This document shows positions 28,262-54,581 of a stretch of 64,000 nucleotides of DNA, in pieces. A model generated the notes under the pieces. The model made no database searches, had not been told where the DNA came from, and was given only the letters and a program-made list of their open reading frames with translations. Positions within the stretch are counted from its first letter, which is position 1, and every line of letters starts with the position of its first letter. A program made the translations under genes and the position numbers. This DNA comes from an uncultured Holophagales bacterium (lineage in GTDB: Bacteria; Acidobacteriota; Thermoanaerobaculia; Multivoradales; UBA5704): the NCBI GenBank assembly GCA_963842525.1, contig CAWJGT010000019.1:416001-480000 (forward strand). The letters run 5' to 3'.

Positions 28262-29059
28262 ATGCCGACCTATCGACTCACGCTCGAATACGAGGGCACC
28301 CGGTACCACGGGTGGCAGGAGCAGAAGAATGCGCGCAGCGTGATGGGTGAGCTGCGGCGGGCGGTCGAGGAGGCGGGCGGAGTGGTGCGCGACCTCGGCG
28401 GCTCGGGGCGGACCGATGCGGGGGTGCACGCTCTCGCCCAGGTGGCCCACCTGCGGCTCGCCGGCAGGATCGAGACCGACGTCTTCCGTCGCGACGTCAA
28501 CGACCGGCTGCCGTCCGACATCCACGTCCTGTCTCTGGCGCCCGTGCCGAAGGAGTTCCACGCCCGGCATTCCGCCGTGTCCCGCTCCTACCTCTACCAG
28601 GTCTCCCGCCGCCGCGCGGCTCTGGCCAAGCGCTTCGTCTGGTGGGTCAAGCGCCCTCTGGACGACCGGCGGATGGGGGAGGCCGCGGCGATCCTGCCCG
28701 GCCGGCACGACTTCCGCCTGTTCTGCGAGAAGCCGTCCGAGCAGCCGAGCACCGTGGTGGTGGTCGAGAGTGTGGAGCTGGCGACCGCCGGCTCGTTGAT
28801 CCTAGTCCGCCTGGTCGCGTCGCACTTCCTCTGGAAGATGGTCCGCCGGGTCGTCGGCACCCTCGTCAAGGTGGGGACCGGCGAGCTGGACCGCCGCGGT
28901 TTCGAGGCGCTCCTCGCCGGCGAGGCCCCCCGCTCCGGCAAGGGTCTCCCGGCGGAATGGACAGCCCCGGCCGCCGGCCTGTTCCTCGAAAGGGTGCTCT
29001 ATCCCGGAGATCCGCCGCTGGGCGAGATCGCGCCGGCAATCCCCGTCGCCGCGGAGTGA
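28262..29059 (+). CDS. truA: tRNA pseudouridine(38-40) synthase
   Basis: YEGTRYHGWQ, GRTDAGVHA, FLWKMVRR. Confidence 0.92.
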   Translation: MPTYRLTLEYEGTRYHGWQEQKNARSVMGELRRAVEEAGGVVRDLGGSGRTDAGVHALAQVAHLRLAGRIETDVFRRDVNDRLPSDIHVLSLAPVPKEFHARHSAVSRSYLYQVSRRRAALAKRFVWWVKRPLDDRRMGEAAAILPGRHDFRLFCEKPSEQPSTVVVVESVELATAGSLILVRLVASHFLWKMVRRVVGTLVKVGTGELDRRGFEALLAGEAPRSGKGLPAEWTAPAAGLFLERVLYPGDPPLGEIAPAIPVAAE

Positions 29060-29114
29060 TCCCGCGGTAAGATCCGGGGTCGAACGATCTGCTGGACTGG
29101 AAAGGAAGGACGCC

Positions 29115-30344
29115 GTGCGGAAGCCGACCATCCTGCTCACTCTCCTGGGTCTGCTCTGGGCATCCGGGGCGGCCGCCCAGCTCTGGCGTGGACCTGCGGC
29201 CCTGGAGGTTCGGGCCGACGGGCAACGCGGCAAGTCGATCGCCGGTGCGGAGGTGAAGCTCACCTACCTGGCGCTCGAGCCGCCGGACGGTCCGGCGCCG
29301 GTGAAGGTGGATTCGAAAGGACGGGCGGTGGTGGGCGGCCTGGCGGAAGGGCTCTGGCGGGTGGAGGTGAGCCAGGAGGGGTACATGACCTTCCAGGCCG
29401 AGGTGGAGGTGCGCCAGGACGGCAAGCCGGATGTGGTCTCGACGCTCCAGCTCAACGTACCGAATGCCGTCCACATGATGGACGTGCGCTTCGCCAAGGC
29501 GCGGTCCGCGCCGGCGGCCATGGCGCCAACGCCCGCTGCGTCTGCCCCGGCCCGCCCGGCACCCGCGGCCCCGGCTCCGTCCCGGCCGGTCGCTGAGGCG
29601 CCGTCCTCCCCGACGCCGACGCCCGTTGCACCCCCGGCGCAACCTGCGCCGGTCCGTCCGGAGCCCACCCCGGCTCCATCTCCGGCGGCCGAGCCCGTGC
29701 CGGCACGACCAGAGCCGACGTCGGCGCCTCCTTCAACCCCGGCACCGCAGTCGTCCGCACCGCGCGCCGAAGCTCCGCCCATCCCCCCGGCGCGGGCACC
29801 CGAGCCGGCTCCACCGGTCCCTGCTCCTGTCCCGAGAGTCGAGCCGCTGGTCCCGGCTCCGACTCCCGCTCCCACCCCTGAGCCTCCGGCGCCCACGGTG
29901 CGCCGCCGCTCGGCCCAGGACCGCACCTGCTTCGAGTGCAAGCCGGGCGAGTCGGCGCTGTCGGTGGAGGAGGTCGTGCCGGCCGGCGAGGCGGCCGGGG
30001 GCTGCGGCCAGGGGATCCAGGATCTTCTGAGAAATGCGGACGGAGCGGCCGGCCTGCCAGCGGGCTGCCGGATGCTGCGGATCGACCTCCCCGCCGGCTT
30101 GCGTTACACCGGCTACCGCTACGAGGTCCAGGAGGGCGAGCAGACGCTCGACTGCCTGGCCGGCAGGGAGTGCACGGCCGGAGCAGGCCGCTGGCCCATC
30201 GATCCGGTCCTGGCGCGTTCCGCCGCCGGGACCACCATCACCGCCGCCTTCGAAGCCCGGGGCTCCAGCCGCGAGCGCCGCGCCGTGCTGACCGTCTACT
30301 ACTCGACAGCCACCACGCGCCGGAGTCGCGGGACCGGCAACTGA
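29115..30344 (+). CDS. Exported protein: carboxypeptidase-regulatory-like domain, Pro-rich linker, Cys-rich C-terminal domain
   Basis: Signal peptide; G..IAGAEV...D.KG...GL..G.W.VEV...GY; long P/A linker. Confidence 0.75.
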   Translation: MRKPTILLTLLGLLWASGAAAQLWRGPAALEVRADGQRGKSIAGAEVKLTYLALEPPDGPAPVKVDSKGRAVVGGLAEGLWRVEVSQEGYMTFQAEVEVRQDGKPDVVSTLQLNVPNAVHMMDVRFAKARSAPAAMAPTPAASAPARPAPAAPAPSRPVAEAPSSPTPTPVAPPAQPAPVRPEPTPAPSPAAEPVPARPEPTSAPPSTPAPQSSAPRAEAPPIPPARAPEPAPPVPAPVPRVEPLVPAPTPAPTPEPPAPTVRRRSAQDRTCFECKPGESALSVEEVVPAGEAAGGCGQGIQDLLRNADGAAGLPAGCRMLRIDLPAGLRYTGYRYEVQEGEQTLDCLAGRECTAGAGRWPIDPVLARSAAGTTITAAFEARGSSRERRAVLTVYYSTATTRRSRGTGN

Positions 30345-30400
30345 GCTGAGGCAGTCACGGCCGGTGCGATCCGTATCGCGCCGGCCCTCGTTCCTTGGGG

Positions 30401-30629
30401 AAGGGCAGCGACTGCCCAACGCTAACACCCCCTCCGTTGACGAAGGGCAGTTGCTGCCCAACGCCAACACCTTCTCCGTTAACAAAGGGCAGTGACTGCC
30501 CAACCTTAAGGGGTCTCCTCTTGACGAAGGGCAGTGACTGCCCGACCTTAATGGGTCGCCCCTTAACAAAGGGCAGCGACTGCCCATCGCTAACACCTCG
30601 CTCGTTAAGGAAGGGCGGTCACTGCCCTT
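30401..30629. repeat. Six-copy 42-bp-period array of AAGGGCAG-N3-CTGCCC palindromes with variable spacers
   Basis: Copies start at 30401, 30443, 30485, 30527, 30569 and 30611. Confidence 0.9.
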
Positions 30630-30666
30630 GGCCTCCTCGCCGCGTTTGGACTATCCTCGTCGCGCC

Positions 30667-31341
30667 ATGGGGATGGATCTGGTTTACACGGCGCACGTTC
30701 CGGACGGGGAGGGGCCTTTCCCGACCCTGATCGCGTTGCATGGGTGGGGTGCCAATGCCCACGACCTGCTCGGGCTGGCGCCCATGATCCATGATGGGAA
30801 GGCGCTGGTGCTTTGCCCCGAGGGGCCGGTCCGCGTGCCGCTCGGCGGCGGGGCGTACGGCTATGGGTGGTTCCCTCTGGTGCCAGGGCAGACGACCGAT
30901 CCGGAGGAGTTCAAGGCCAGTGCGGAGAGGCTGCGCGGCTTCCTCGACCAGGCGATGGAGCGTTATCCGATCGATCCGGAGCGCCTGGCCCTCGGCGGGT
31001 TCAGCCAGGGCGGTGTCATGGGCTATGCGCTGGCCCTGCAGCAGCCGGAGCGGTTCTCGGGGCTTGCCGCTCTGTCGTGCTGGCTCCCGGAGCCGCTCGC
31101 CGAGCATCTGCCGAAGGCGCCGGGGCATGAGGGGTTTCCGATCCTGATCCTCCATGGCACCAACGATCCGACGCTCCCGATCGAGCGCGCCCGCGAATCG
31201 CGGGAGCTGCTCCGTCCCTATGGCGTCTCGATCACCTACCGCGAATTCGACATGGGACACGAGATCCGCCCCGACGCCTTGCGGATCCTGTTGCGCTGGC
31301 TCGACGAACGGGCGTTCGCACCTTCGGCGCGCGCTGTCTGA
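30667..31341 (+). CDS. Phospholipase/carboxylesterase (alpha/beta hydrolase)
   Basis: LHGWG, GFSQGG, HGTND, GHEI. Confidence 0.9.
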   Translation: MGMDLVYTAHVPDGEGPFPTLIALHGWGANAHDLLGLAPMIHDGKALVLCPEGPVRVPLGGGAYGYGWFPLVPGQTTDPEEFKASAERLRGFLDQAMERYPIDPERLALGGFSQGGVMGYALALQQPERFSGLAALSCWLPEPLAEHLPKAPGHEGFPILILHGTNDPTLPIERARESRELLRPYGVSITYREFDMGHEIRPDALRILLRWLDERAFAPSARAV

Positions 31342-31400
31342 CGAACCCCAGCATCGTCAGGCCGCGGCCAGGATCTTGACGATCGGAAGGATCTTGCCGG

Positions 31401-32587
31401 TCACGAGGAAGAAAGGGCCGTGACTTCTCCGAAGAGATCGAGATGCCGGGCGGCTTCCTTCGCTGCCTCGGCATCCTGGCTCAGCTCATCGATCCGCAGG
31501 AGCTCGCCGGGGGTATAGAGGCGCTCTCGGAGGGCCCACCGGCTGGCTTGGGAGAGAGGAGCGATGATCGTACGGCCGCTTTCCATCGTGACGACCCGGA
31601 TCTGCTCATCCGTGAGCTCTTTGGCGTCGAGCAGGTCGGGACTGTGAGTGGTGACGATCACCTGGCGGTCCCGAGCCGTGTTGAGGAGGACTTCGACGAC
31701 CAACTCGGCCGACGCAGGATGGACCGTGGCTTCGGGCTCTTCAATGAGGAGGATGGAGGGACGGCGAGGCTGGGGATGCGAAGCGTCCCTTCGGACATGT
31801 CGAAGCCTGAAAAAGAGGTAGGGCTCTGGTCGCCTGCGTCTTTGCGGAATCGAAGATCGACTGTTTGTTCCAGAGTCCTGGCGCTGACGGTCAGAGGCTC
31901 TCCTACGACATGGGCCAGCAGTCCATTGATCAGCTCGCCAGCGTCCGGTTGCCGTTGCTGCAGAGCCCTCAGGACCGAGGCGGCGTTCTTGCCGGTCGAA
32001 TCCAGAGACATGCCGGAGTCTGCAGCCTGAGCGAATCTCATCCACTGGTGCTCGATGGAGTAGGCCCGGATCGTCGAGAGAAAGTCATACAGCGGCCGAT
32101 ACTCCTCGGTCGCGGACGCTGCGAAGAGGGCGAGCCGGTCAGGCTCCATCTTCGACCGGATTCCCGCGATCTCCCGAACGAAGCTGCCCTCGTGGACCTC
32201 AAAGCCATCTTCGCGATCCGGAGCCCGCATCATGCACCTTTCCTTGGAGACCCGGTAGGCGCCGTCCTGCTTTCCTGTAATCTCGAAGGAATAGTCGGCG
32301 CTGCTCTCCTCGGGCAGGTCGACTCGCAGGCGAAACCCGACTTTGATCTCTGAAAGACTGGACCAGCGGGGGAAAACAGAAATTTCGCCAAGCCGACCGA
32401 AAGCTTCGCCGATCGACAAGGAGAGGCACTCCTGCACGAACGTCAGGGCCTGGATGAAATTGGTCTTTCCTGCCCCATTGGTTCCCACCAGCGCCGTGAA
32501 CGGCTCCAGATCAACCACCGCCCTCTCAATGCTCTTGAAGTTCTGGATCTGGATCTGGCGGATTTGGGGCACCATAGGGGCGCTCAT
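31401..32587 (-). pseudogene. ABC/AAA_21-type ATPase with an internal deletion/frameshift at ~31775
   Basis: NFKSI, GTNGAGKTN, MSEGTLRI, then jumps frame to QPRRPSILLIEEPE...TTHSP; the helix after the signature motif is missing. Confidence 0.75.
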
Positions 32588-32874
32588 GCTTCATCCGATG
32601 CTATCATGACGCTCCTGCCCCGCCCCGTCTGATCCGGCTCCCCCTTGAGGGGGGCTCCCGGCCGGCGGCGTTGTCTCCCCTGGGCCTCCTGGCAACACTC
32701 TGTTGTAGAGCCGTGGCGGTCACCCCAGGGAACGAGCCCATAGCAAGGTGGTAATATGGTGGGTCCCGGCGGGCGTTTACGGCCGCTCTCCAGAGCCATG
32801 AGAATCCACGACACAGAAGCACCCCAGGCCTACAGGCCGACGTTTTCCAGGATTCGATCCAAGGACAGGCACTG

Positions 32875-49741
<16,867 letters not shown>

Positions 49742-49760
49742 GAACCCTGAGGAGCGCCTC

Positions 49761-52700
49761 ATGAGCGAACCTGTCCACGATCCCGCGCACGGGATCGCGA
49801 TCATCGGCATGGCCGGCCGTTTTCCCGGCTCCCCTTCGTTGGAGCGCTTCTGGCGCAACCTGCGTGAAGGGGCCGAGTGCGTCACCTTCTTCCGCGACGA
49901 GGAGCTCCTCGCGGCCGGGGTCGATGCCGCGGAGCTGGCGAATCCGCTCTATGTCAAGGCGCGCGCGCTCCTCGACGGCGTCGAGCTGTTCGATTCCGCC
50001 TTTTTCGGCTTCACCCCGCGCGAGGCCGAGGTCCTCGACCCGCAGCACCGGCTGTTCCTGGAGTGCGCCTGGGAGGCGCTGGAGACCGCCGGCTACGATC
50101 CCGACCGCGTCTCCGGCCGCGTCGCGGTCTTCGGCGGCGCCGGGTCCGGCTCCTACCTGCTCCACAACCTGCTGCCGCACCGCGAGCTGCTGGACCAGAT
50201 GGGCGCCCTCCAGGTGATCGTGATGAACGAGGGGAGCTTCCTCACCACCCGGGTCTCCTACAAGCTGAACCTCAAGGGTCCCAGCGTGGACGTCCAGACC
50301 GCCTGCTCGACCTCGCTGGTGGCGGTCCACATGGCCTGCCAGAGCCTGTTCGCCGGGGAGAGCGACATGGCGCTGGCCGGCGGCGTCTCGATCGACGTGC
50401 CGCAGAAGAACGGCTACTTCTACCAGGAGGCGAGCGTCATGTCGCCGGACGGCCACTGCCGGTCCTTCGACGAGCGGGCGGCCGGCACGGTCACCGGCTC
50501 CGGCACCGGCATCGTGGTCCTGAAGCGCCTGGCCGACGCCCTGGCCGACGGCGATCCGGTGCACGCCGTGATCCTCGGCTCGGCGATCAACAACGACGGC
50601 TCGGCCAAGGTCGGCTATACCGCGCCCAGCGTGGAGGGGCAGTCCGAGGCGATCGCCGAGGCCCTGCTCATGGCCGGCGTGGAGCCCGACACCATCGGCT
50701 ACGTCGAGGCCCACGGCAGCGGCACGCCGCTGGGCGACCCGGTGGAGATCGAGGCGCTGACCCAGGCCTACCGCGGCGGGACCGACCGCACCGGCTTCTG
50801 CGCCGTGGGCTCGGTCAAGAGCAACATCGGGCACTGCAACTCGGCCGCCGGCATCGCCGGGCTCCTCAAGACCGTGCTCGCCCTGGAGCACGGCGAGATC
50901 CCGCCCAGCCTGCACTTCGAGAGGCCGAACCCGCAGATCGACTTCGCCTCCAGCCCGTTCTTCGTCGCGACCCGGCTCGCCTCGTGGCCGGACGACGGGA
51001 TGCCGCGCCGGGCGGGCGTCAGCTCCTTCGGCCTCGGCGGCACCAACGCGCATGTCGTGCTGGAGGAGGCCCCGCCGCGCGAGCCGTCGGAGCCCGCCTC
51101 CCGGCCCGCGCAGCTCCTGGTCGTCTCCGCCCGCACCCCGGCGGCCCTGGAGGCGGCGGCCACGAACCTCGCCACCCACCTGCGGAGCACGCCGGAGGAC
51201 GAGCTGGCCGACGTGGCCTGGACCCTCCAGATGGGCCGCAGGGCCTTCGACCACCGGCGCATCGTCGTGGCGAGCCATCGCGAGGACGCCGCCGCGGCGC
51301 TCACCGATCCCAGGCGCGCGGTCAGCGGCCGGCGCGAGGGTCCGCCCGAGCGCCCGGTCGTCTTCCTCTTCCCCGGCCTGGGGGACCAGTACGTCGACAT
51401 GGCCCGCGAGCTCTACGACGCCGAGCCGTTCTTCCGCGAGACGGTCGACCTCTGCGCCGAGAAGCTCCTGCCGGAGCTCGGCCTCGACCTGCGGACGGTG
51501 ATCTTCTCGGAGGGGGACCAGCGGCTCGTCGCCAAGGTGTCCGCCGGACCCGACCTGCGGGCGATGCTGCGCCGCGGCACCGAGGCGCAGGACCCGGCTG
51601 CGGCCCGCCTCGCCGGGACCGCGGTGGCCCAGCCGGCGGTCTTCGTCGTCGAATACGCCCTCGCCCAACTGCTCATGTCCTGGGGCATCCGGCCGCAGGC
51701 GATGATCGGCTACAGCATCGGCGAGTACGTGGCCGCCTGCGTGGCGGGCGTGTTGACCCTCGACGACGCGCTGACCCTGGTGGCGCGGCGGGCGAAGCTG
51801 ATCCAGGAGCTGCCGGCCGGCGCCATGCTCGCCGTCCCCCTGGCCGAGGGCGAGGTCCGGCCCCTGCTCGCGGACGACAGGTTCTCCATCTCGGCCACCA
51901 ACGGCCCGCACTTCTGTGTCGTCGGCGGCCCGCGCGAGGCGCTGGAGGAGCTGGAGGAGAAGCTGCGCGAGCGCAACGCGAGCTGCATCTTCCTGCAGAC
52001 GACCCACGCCTTCCACTCGGCCATGATGGAGCCGGCCGTAGCCCGCTTCACCGCCATGGCGGCGGGGGTCGAGATGCGGCCGCCCGGGATCCCCTATCTC
52101 TCCAACGTCACCGGCACATGGATCTCCGGAGACGACCTGGAGGACCCCGCCTACTGGGCGCGCCACATGTGCGGCACGGTGCGCTTCGCCGAGGGGCTCG
52201 CCGAGCTGCTGGCCGAGCCCGCGCGCGTCCTGCTGGAGGTCGGCCCCGGGGGCACCCTGGGCACGCTCGCCCGGCAGCACCCGGACGCGCCCGCGGACCT
52301 GGTGTCGGTCGCGACCCTGCGGCGGGGGAGCGAGGGCTGCTCCGACGTGGAGCTGCTGCTGGAGGCCGCCGGCCGGCTGTGGATCGCCGGCGTCCCGGTC
52401 GACTGGGCCGGCCTCCAGGGCCTGCACGGGGGTGAGCGCCGGCGGCGGGTGCCGCTGCCGACCTACCCGTTCGAGCGCCAGCGCTGCTGGATCGACCCGC
52501 CGGAGCGCTCCGCGGCCGCCCGCCGCGGGGCCATGCTGCCGCCCGCCGAGCCCGGTGTCTCCCGGGGGGCGGCGCCGGCGGACCTGGCGGACTGGTTCTG
52601 GGTCCCGGTCTGGCGGCAGGCGCCGCCGGCCCGGCTGTTCCCGGCGGGCCGCGGCACGCCCGAGAGCTGGCTGGTCTTCCTCGACCGCGGCGGCCTGGGC

Positions 52701-54581
52701 GAGCGGCTGGCCGCGCGGCTGCGCCGGGAGGGGCACGGCGTGATCACGGTCGCGGCTGGAAACGAGCACGCCGAGCTTGCAGACGACGCGTACGCCGTCG
52801 ATCCCGCGGCGCTCGGCGGCTACGAGCGTCTGGTCGAGCGCCTGCGCGCGACGGGCATGCCCGAGCGCATCGTCCACCTCTGGGGCGTCACGGACGAGGA
52901 GCCCGCCTACGACGAGGCGCAGCGCTCGGGCCTGCTCAGCCTGATGTTCCTGGAGCACGCCCTGACCAACGCCGGCCCTCCGGCGGGCGCGGCCGGCCGG
53001 GCCGTGCGCATCGGCATGGTCACCAACGGCGTCCACGCCGTGATGGACGGCGACCGGGTGGTGCCGGCCAAGGCCACCGTGCTCGGCGGCTGCAAGGTGA
53101 TCCACCAGGAGTCGGCGCAGCTCACGTGCACGAGCATCGACGTCTCCCTGCCGGCGGCCGGCTCGCCGGCGGAGGAGCGGCTGCTCGGGCAGCTCCTCGC
53201 CGAGATGGAGGTCCCCGAGGAGGAGCTGGAGCCGGCCGTGGCCTACCGGGGCCGGCAGCGCTGGGTGCGCCGGTACGAGCGGGTGCGGCTGACCGAGGAG
53301 CTGTCCGCCGCCTCCCGGCTGCGCGCCGGGGGCGTCTACCTGATTACGGATGCCATGCATGGCAGCGGACTGGGAGCGGCGGACTTTCTGGTGCGCTCGG
53401 CCGGAGCGCGCGTGGCTTTGGTGGTGCCGCCGGGCTTCCCGCCGCGGGACCGGTGGGAGAGCTGGGAGCCCCTGCCGCCGACGCCTCCGGGCCAGGACGC
53501 CGTGGGTGCGGCCGTGCGCCGCCTGCTCTCCCTGGAGCCGCTCCCCGGGGTCCTGATCGTCTGGGCCGACATCGGCGATCCCGCGGGGATGCGGTCGGCC
53601 CTGGCGCGTGCCCGCGAGCATTTCGGCGCGGTGGACGGCGTGCTCCACACCCCGGGGTCGTTCACCGGCGGCCTGATCCAGCTCAAGACTCCAGAGGGCC
53701 TCGCCTCCACCCTACGCCCCGCGGCCGGCGGCGCCGAGGCCCTGTTCGCCGCCCTGGCCGCGGAGGCCGGGGACGGGCACCGTCCGGAGCTCGTGGCGCT
53801 GTTCGCTTCGACCCTCACCTTCACCGGCGGCCTGGGCCAGCTCGACATCGCCGCGGCCGGAGCCTATCTCGACGCCGTGGCGCAGCGCCATGCCGTGGAG
53901 GAGGGCGGACCGTTCACCCAGGTCGTGCACTGGGATCCCTACCAGTGGGACGGCTGGCTCGCCGCGGGCGCCGCCCTGCCCGGCATGCAGCCGGAGCAGC
54001 TCAAGGGCGACCTGGAGACCTTCGGCACGCCGTCGGAGCGCAGCGGCGAGGCGCTGCGTCGGCTGCTCGCCAGCCCGCTGCCGCAGGCCATCGTCTCCGC
54101 CCGCGACCTGCACGGCCTGATCGCAGACACCGACGCCTTCACCATCGACGCCTTCATGGCGCAGATGGAGAAGGCCCGCTCGGCACAGGGGCCGGCGCGC
54201 GGGCGCGAGGGGGTGGCGATCGCCTACGTCGAGCCGCGGTCGGACCTGGAGCGGCAGGTCACCGCGATCTGGGAGGAGCTGTTCGGCATCCGGCCGATCG
54301 GGATCGACGACAACTTCCTGGAGCTGGGCGGCCATTCGCTGCTGGCGATCCAGATGGCCACCCAACTGCGCAAGGCTTTCGCGGTCGAGCTGCCGGTGAC
54401 GGTGCTGTTCGAGGCCCCCACCGTGGGGGAGCTGGCCGCGGCCATCGCCCGCGGCAAGGAGAGAGGGGAGGACCCCGACGAGATCGAGCGCCTGCTCGCC
54501 CTGGTCGAGGACCTCTCGCCCGAGGAGGCGCTGCAACGGATGCAGGAGCTCGGCCTGGCGCCGGAGGAGGTCCTTTCGTGA
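49761..54581 (+). CDS. Type I PKS module: KS-AT-KR(degenerate)-carrier
   Basis: GAGGAG RBS; KS QTACSTS / HGSGT / NIGH; AT GYSIG and HAFH; KR lacks motifs; GGHSL carrier. Confidence 0.92.
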   Translation: MSEPVHDPAHGIAIIGMAGRFPGSPSLERFWRNLREGAECVTFFRDEELLAAGVDAAELANPLYVKARALLDGVELFDSAFFGFTPREAEVLDPQHRLFLECAWEALETAGYDPDRVSGRVAVFGGAGSGSYLLHNLLPHRELLDQMGALQVIVMNEGSFLTTRVSYKLNLKGPSVDVQTACSTSLVAVHMACQSLFAGESDMALAGGVSIDVPQKNGYFYQEASVMSPDGHCRSFDERAAGTVTGSGTGIVVLKRLADALADGDPVHAVILGSAINNDGSAKVGYTAPSVEGQSEAIAEALLMAGVEPDTIGYVEAHGSGTPLGDPVEIEALTQAYRGGTDRTGFCAVGSVKSNIGHCNSAAGIAGLLKTVLALEHGEIPPSLHFERPNPQIDFASSPFFVATRLASWPDDGMPRRAGVSSFGLGGTNAHVVLEEAPPREPSEPASRPAQLLVVSARTPAALEAAATNLATHLRSTPEDELADVAWTLQMGRRAFDHRRIVVASHREDAAAALTDPRRAVSGRREGPPERPVVFLFPGLGDQYVDMARELYDAEPFFRETVDLCAEKLLPELGLDLRTVIFSEGDQRLVAKVSAGPDLRAMLRRGTEAQDPAAARLAGTAVAQPAVFVVEYALAQLLMSWGIRPQAMIGYSIGEYVAACVAGVLTLDDALTLVARRAKLIQELPAGAMLAVPLAEGEVRPLLADDRFSISATNGPHFCVVGGPREALEELEEKLRERNASCIFLQTTHAFHSAMMEPAVARFTAMAAGVEMRPPGIPYLSNVTGTWISGDDLEDPAYWARHMCGTVRFAEGLAELLAEPARVLLEVGPGGTLGTLARQHPDAPADLVSVATLRRGSEGCSDVELLLEAAGRLWIAGVPVDWAGLQGLHGGERRRRVPLPTYPFERQRCWIDPPERSAAARRGAMLPPAEPGVSRGAAPADLADWFWVPVWRQAPPARLFPAGRGTPESWLVFLDRGGLGERLAARLRREGHGVITVAAGNEHAELADDAYAVDPAALGGYERLVERLRATGMPERIVHLWGVTDEEPAYDEAQRSGLLSLMFLEHALTNAGPPAGAAGRAVRIGMVTNGVHAVMDGDRVVPAKATVLGGCKVIHQESAQLTCTSIDVSLPAAGSPAEERLLGQLLAEMEVPEEELEPAVAYRGRQRWVRRYERVRLTEELSAASRLRAGGVYLITDAMHGSGLGAADFLVRSAGARVALVVPPGFPPRDRWESWEPLPPTPPGQDAVGAAVRRLLSLEPLPGVLIVWADIGDPAGMRSALARAREHFGAVDGVLHTPGSFTGGLIQLKTPEGLASTLRPAAGGAEALFAALAAEAGDGHRPELVALFASTLTFTGGLGQLDIAAAGAYLDAVAQRHAVEEGGPFTQVVHWDPYQWDGWLAAGAALPGMQPEQLKGDLETFGTPSERSGEALRRLLASPLPQAIVSARDLHGLIADTDAFTIDAFMAQMEKARSAQGPARGREGVAIAYVEPRSDLERQVTAIWEELFGIRPIGIDDNFLELGGHSLLAIQMATQLRKAFAVELPVTVLFEAPTVGELAAAIARGKERGEDPDEIERLLALVEDLSPEEALQRMQELGLAPEEVLS

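Noticed and set aside
30401-30629. Bona fide CRISPR array
   Set aside because: The repeat is only ~17-20 bp, the spacers are short and mutually similar, and there are no cas genes or AT-rich leader in the window.
32638-32654. CTCCCCCTTGAGGGGGG hairpin upstream of the NRPS as a regulatory site
   Set aside because: Single short palindrome, possibly a REP relic; no supporting evidence for function.
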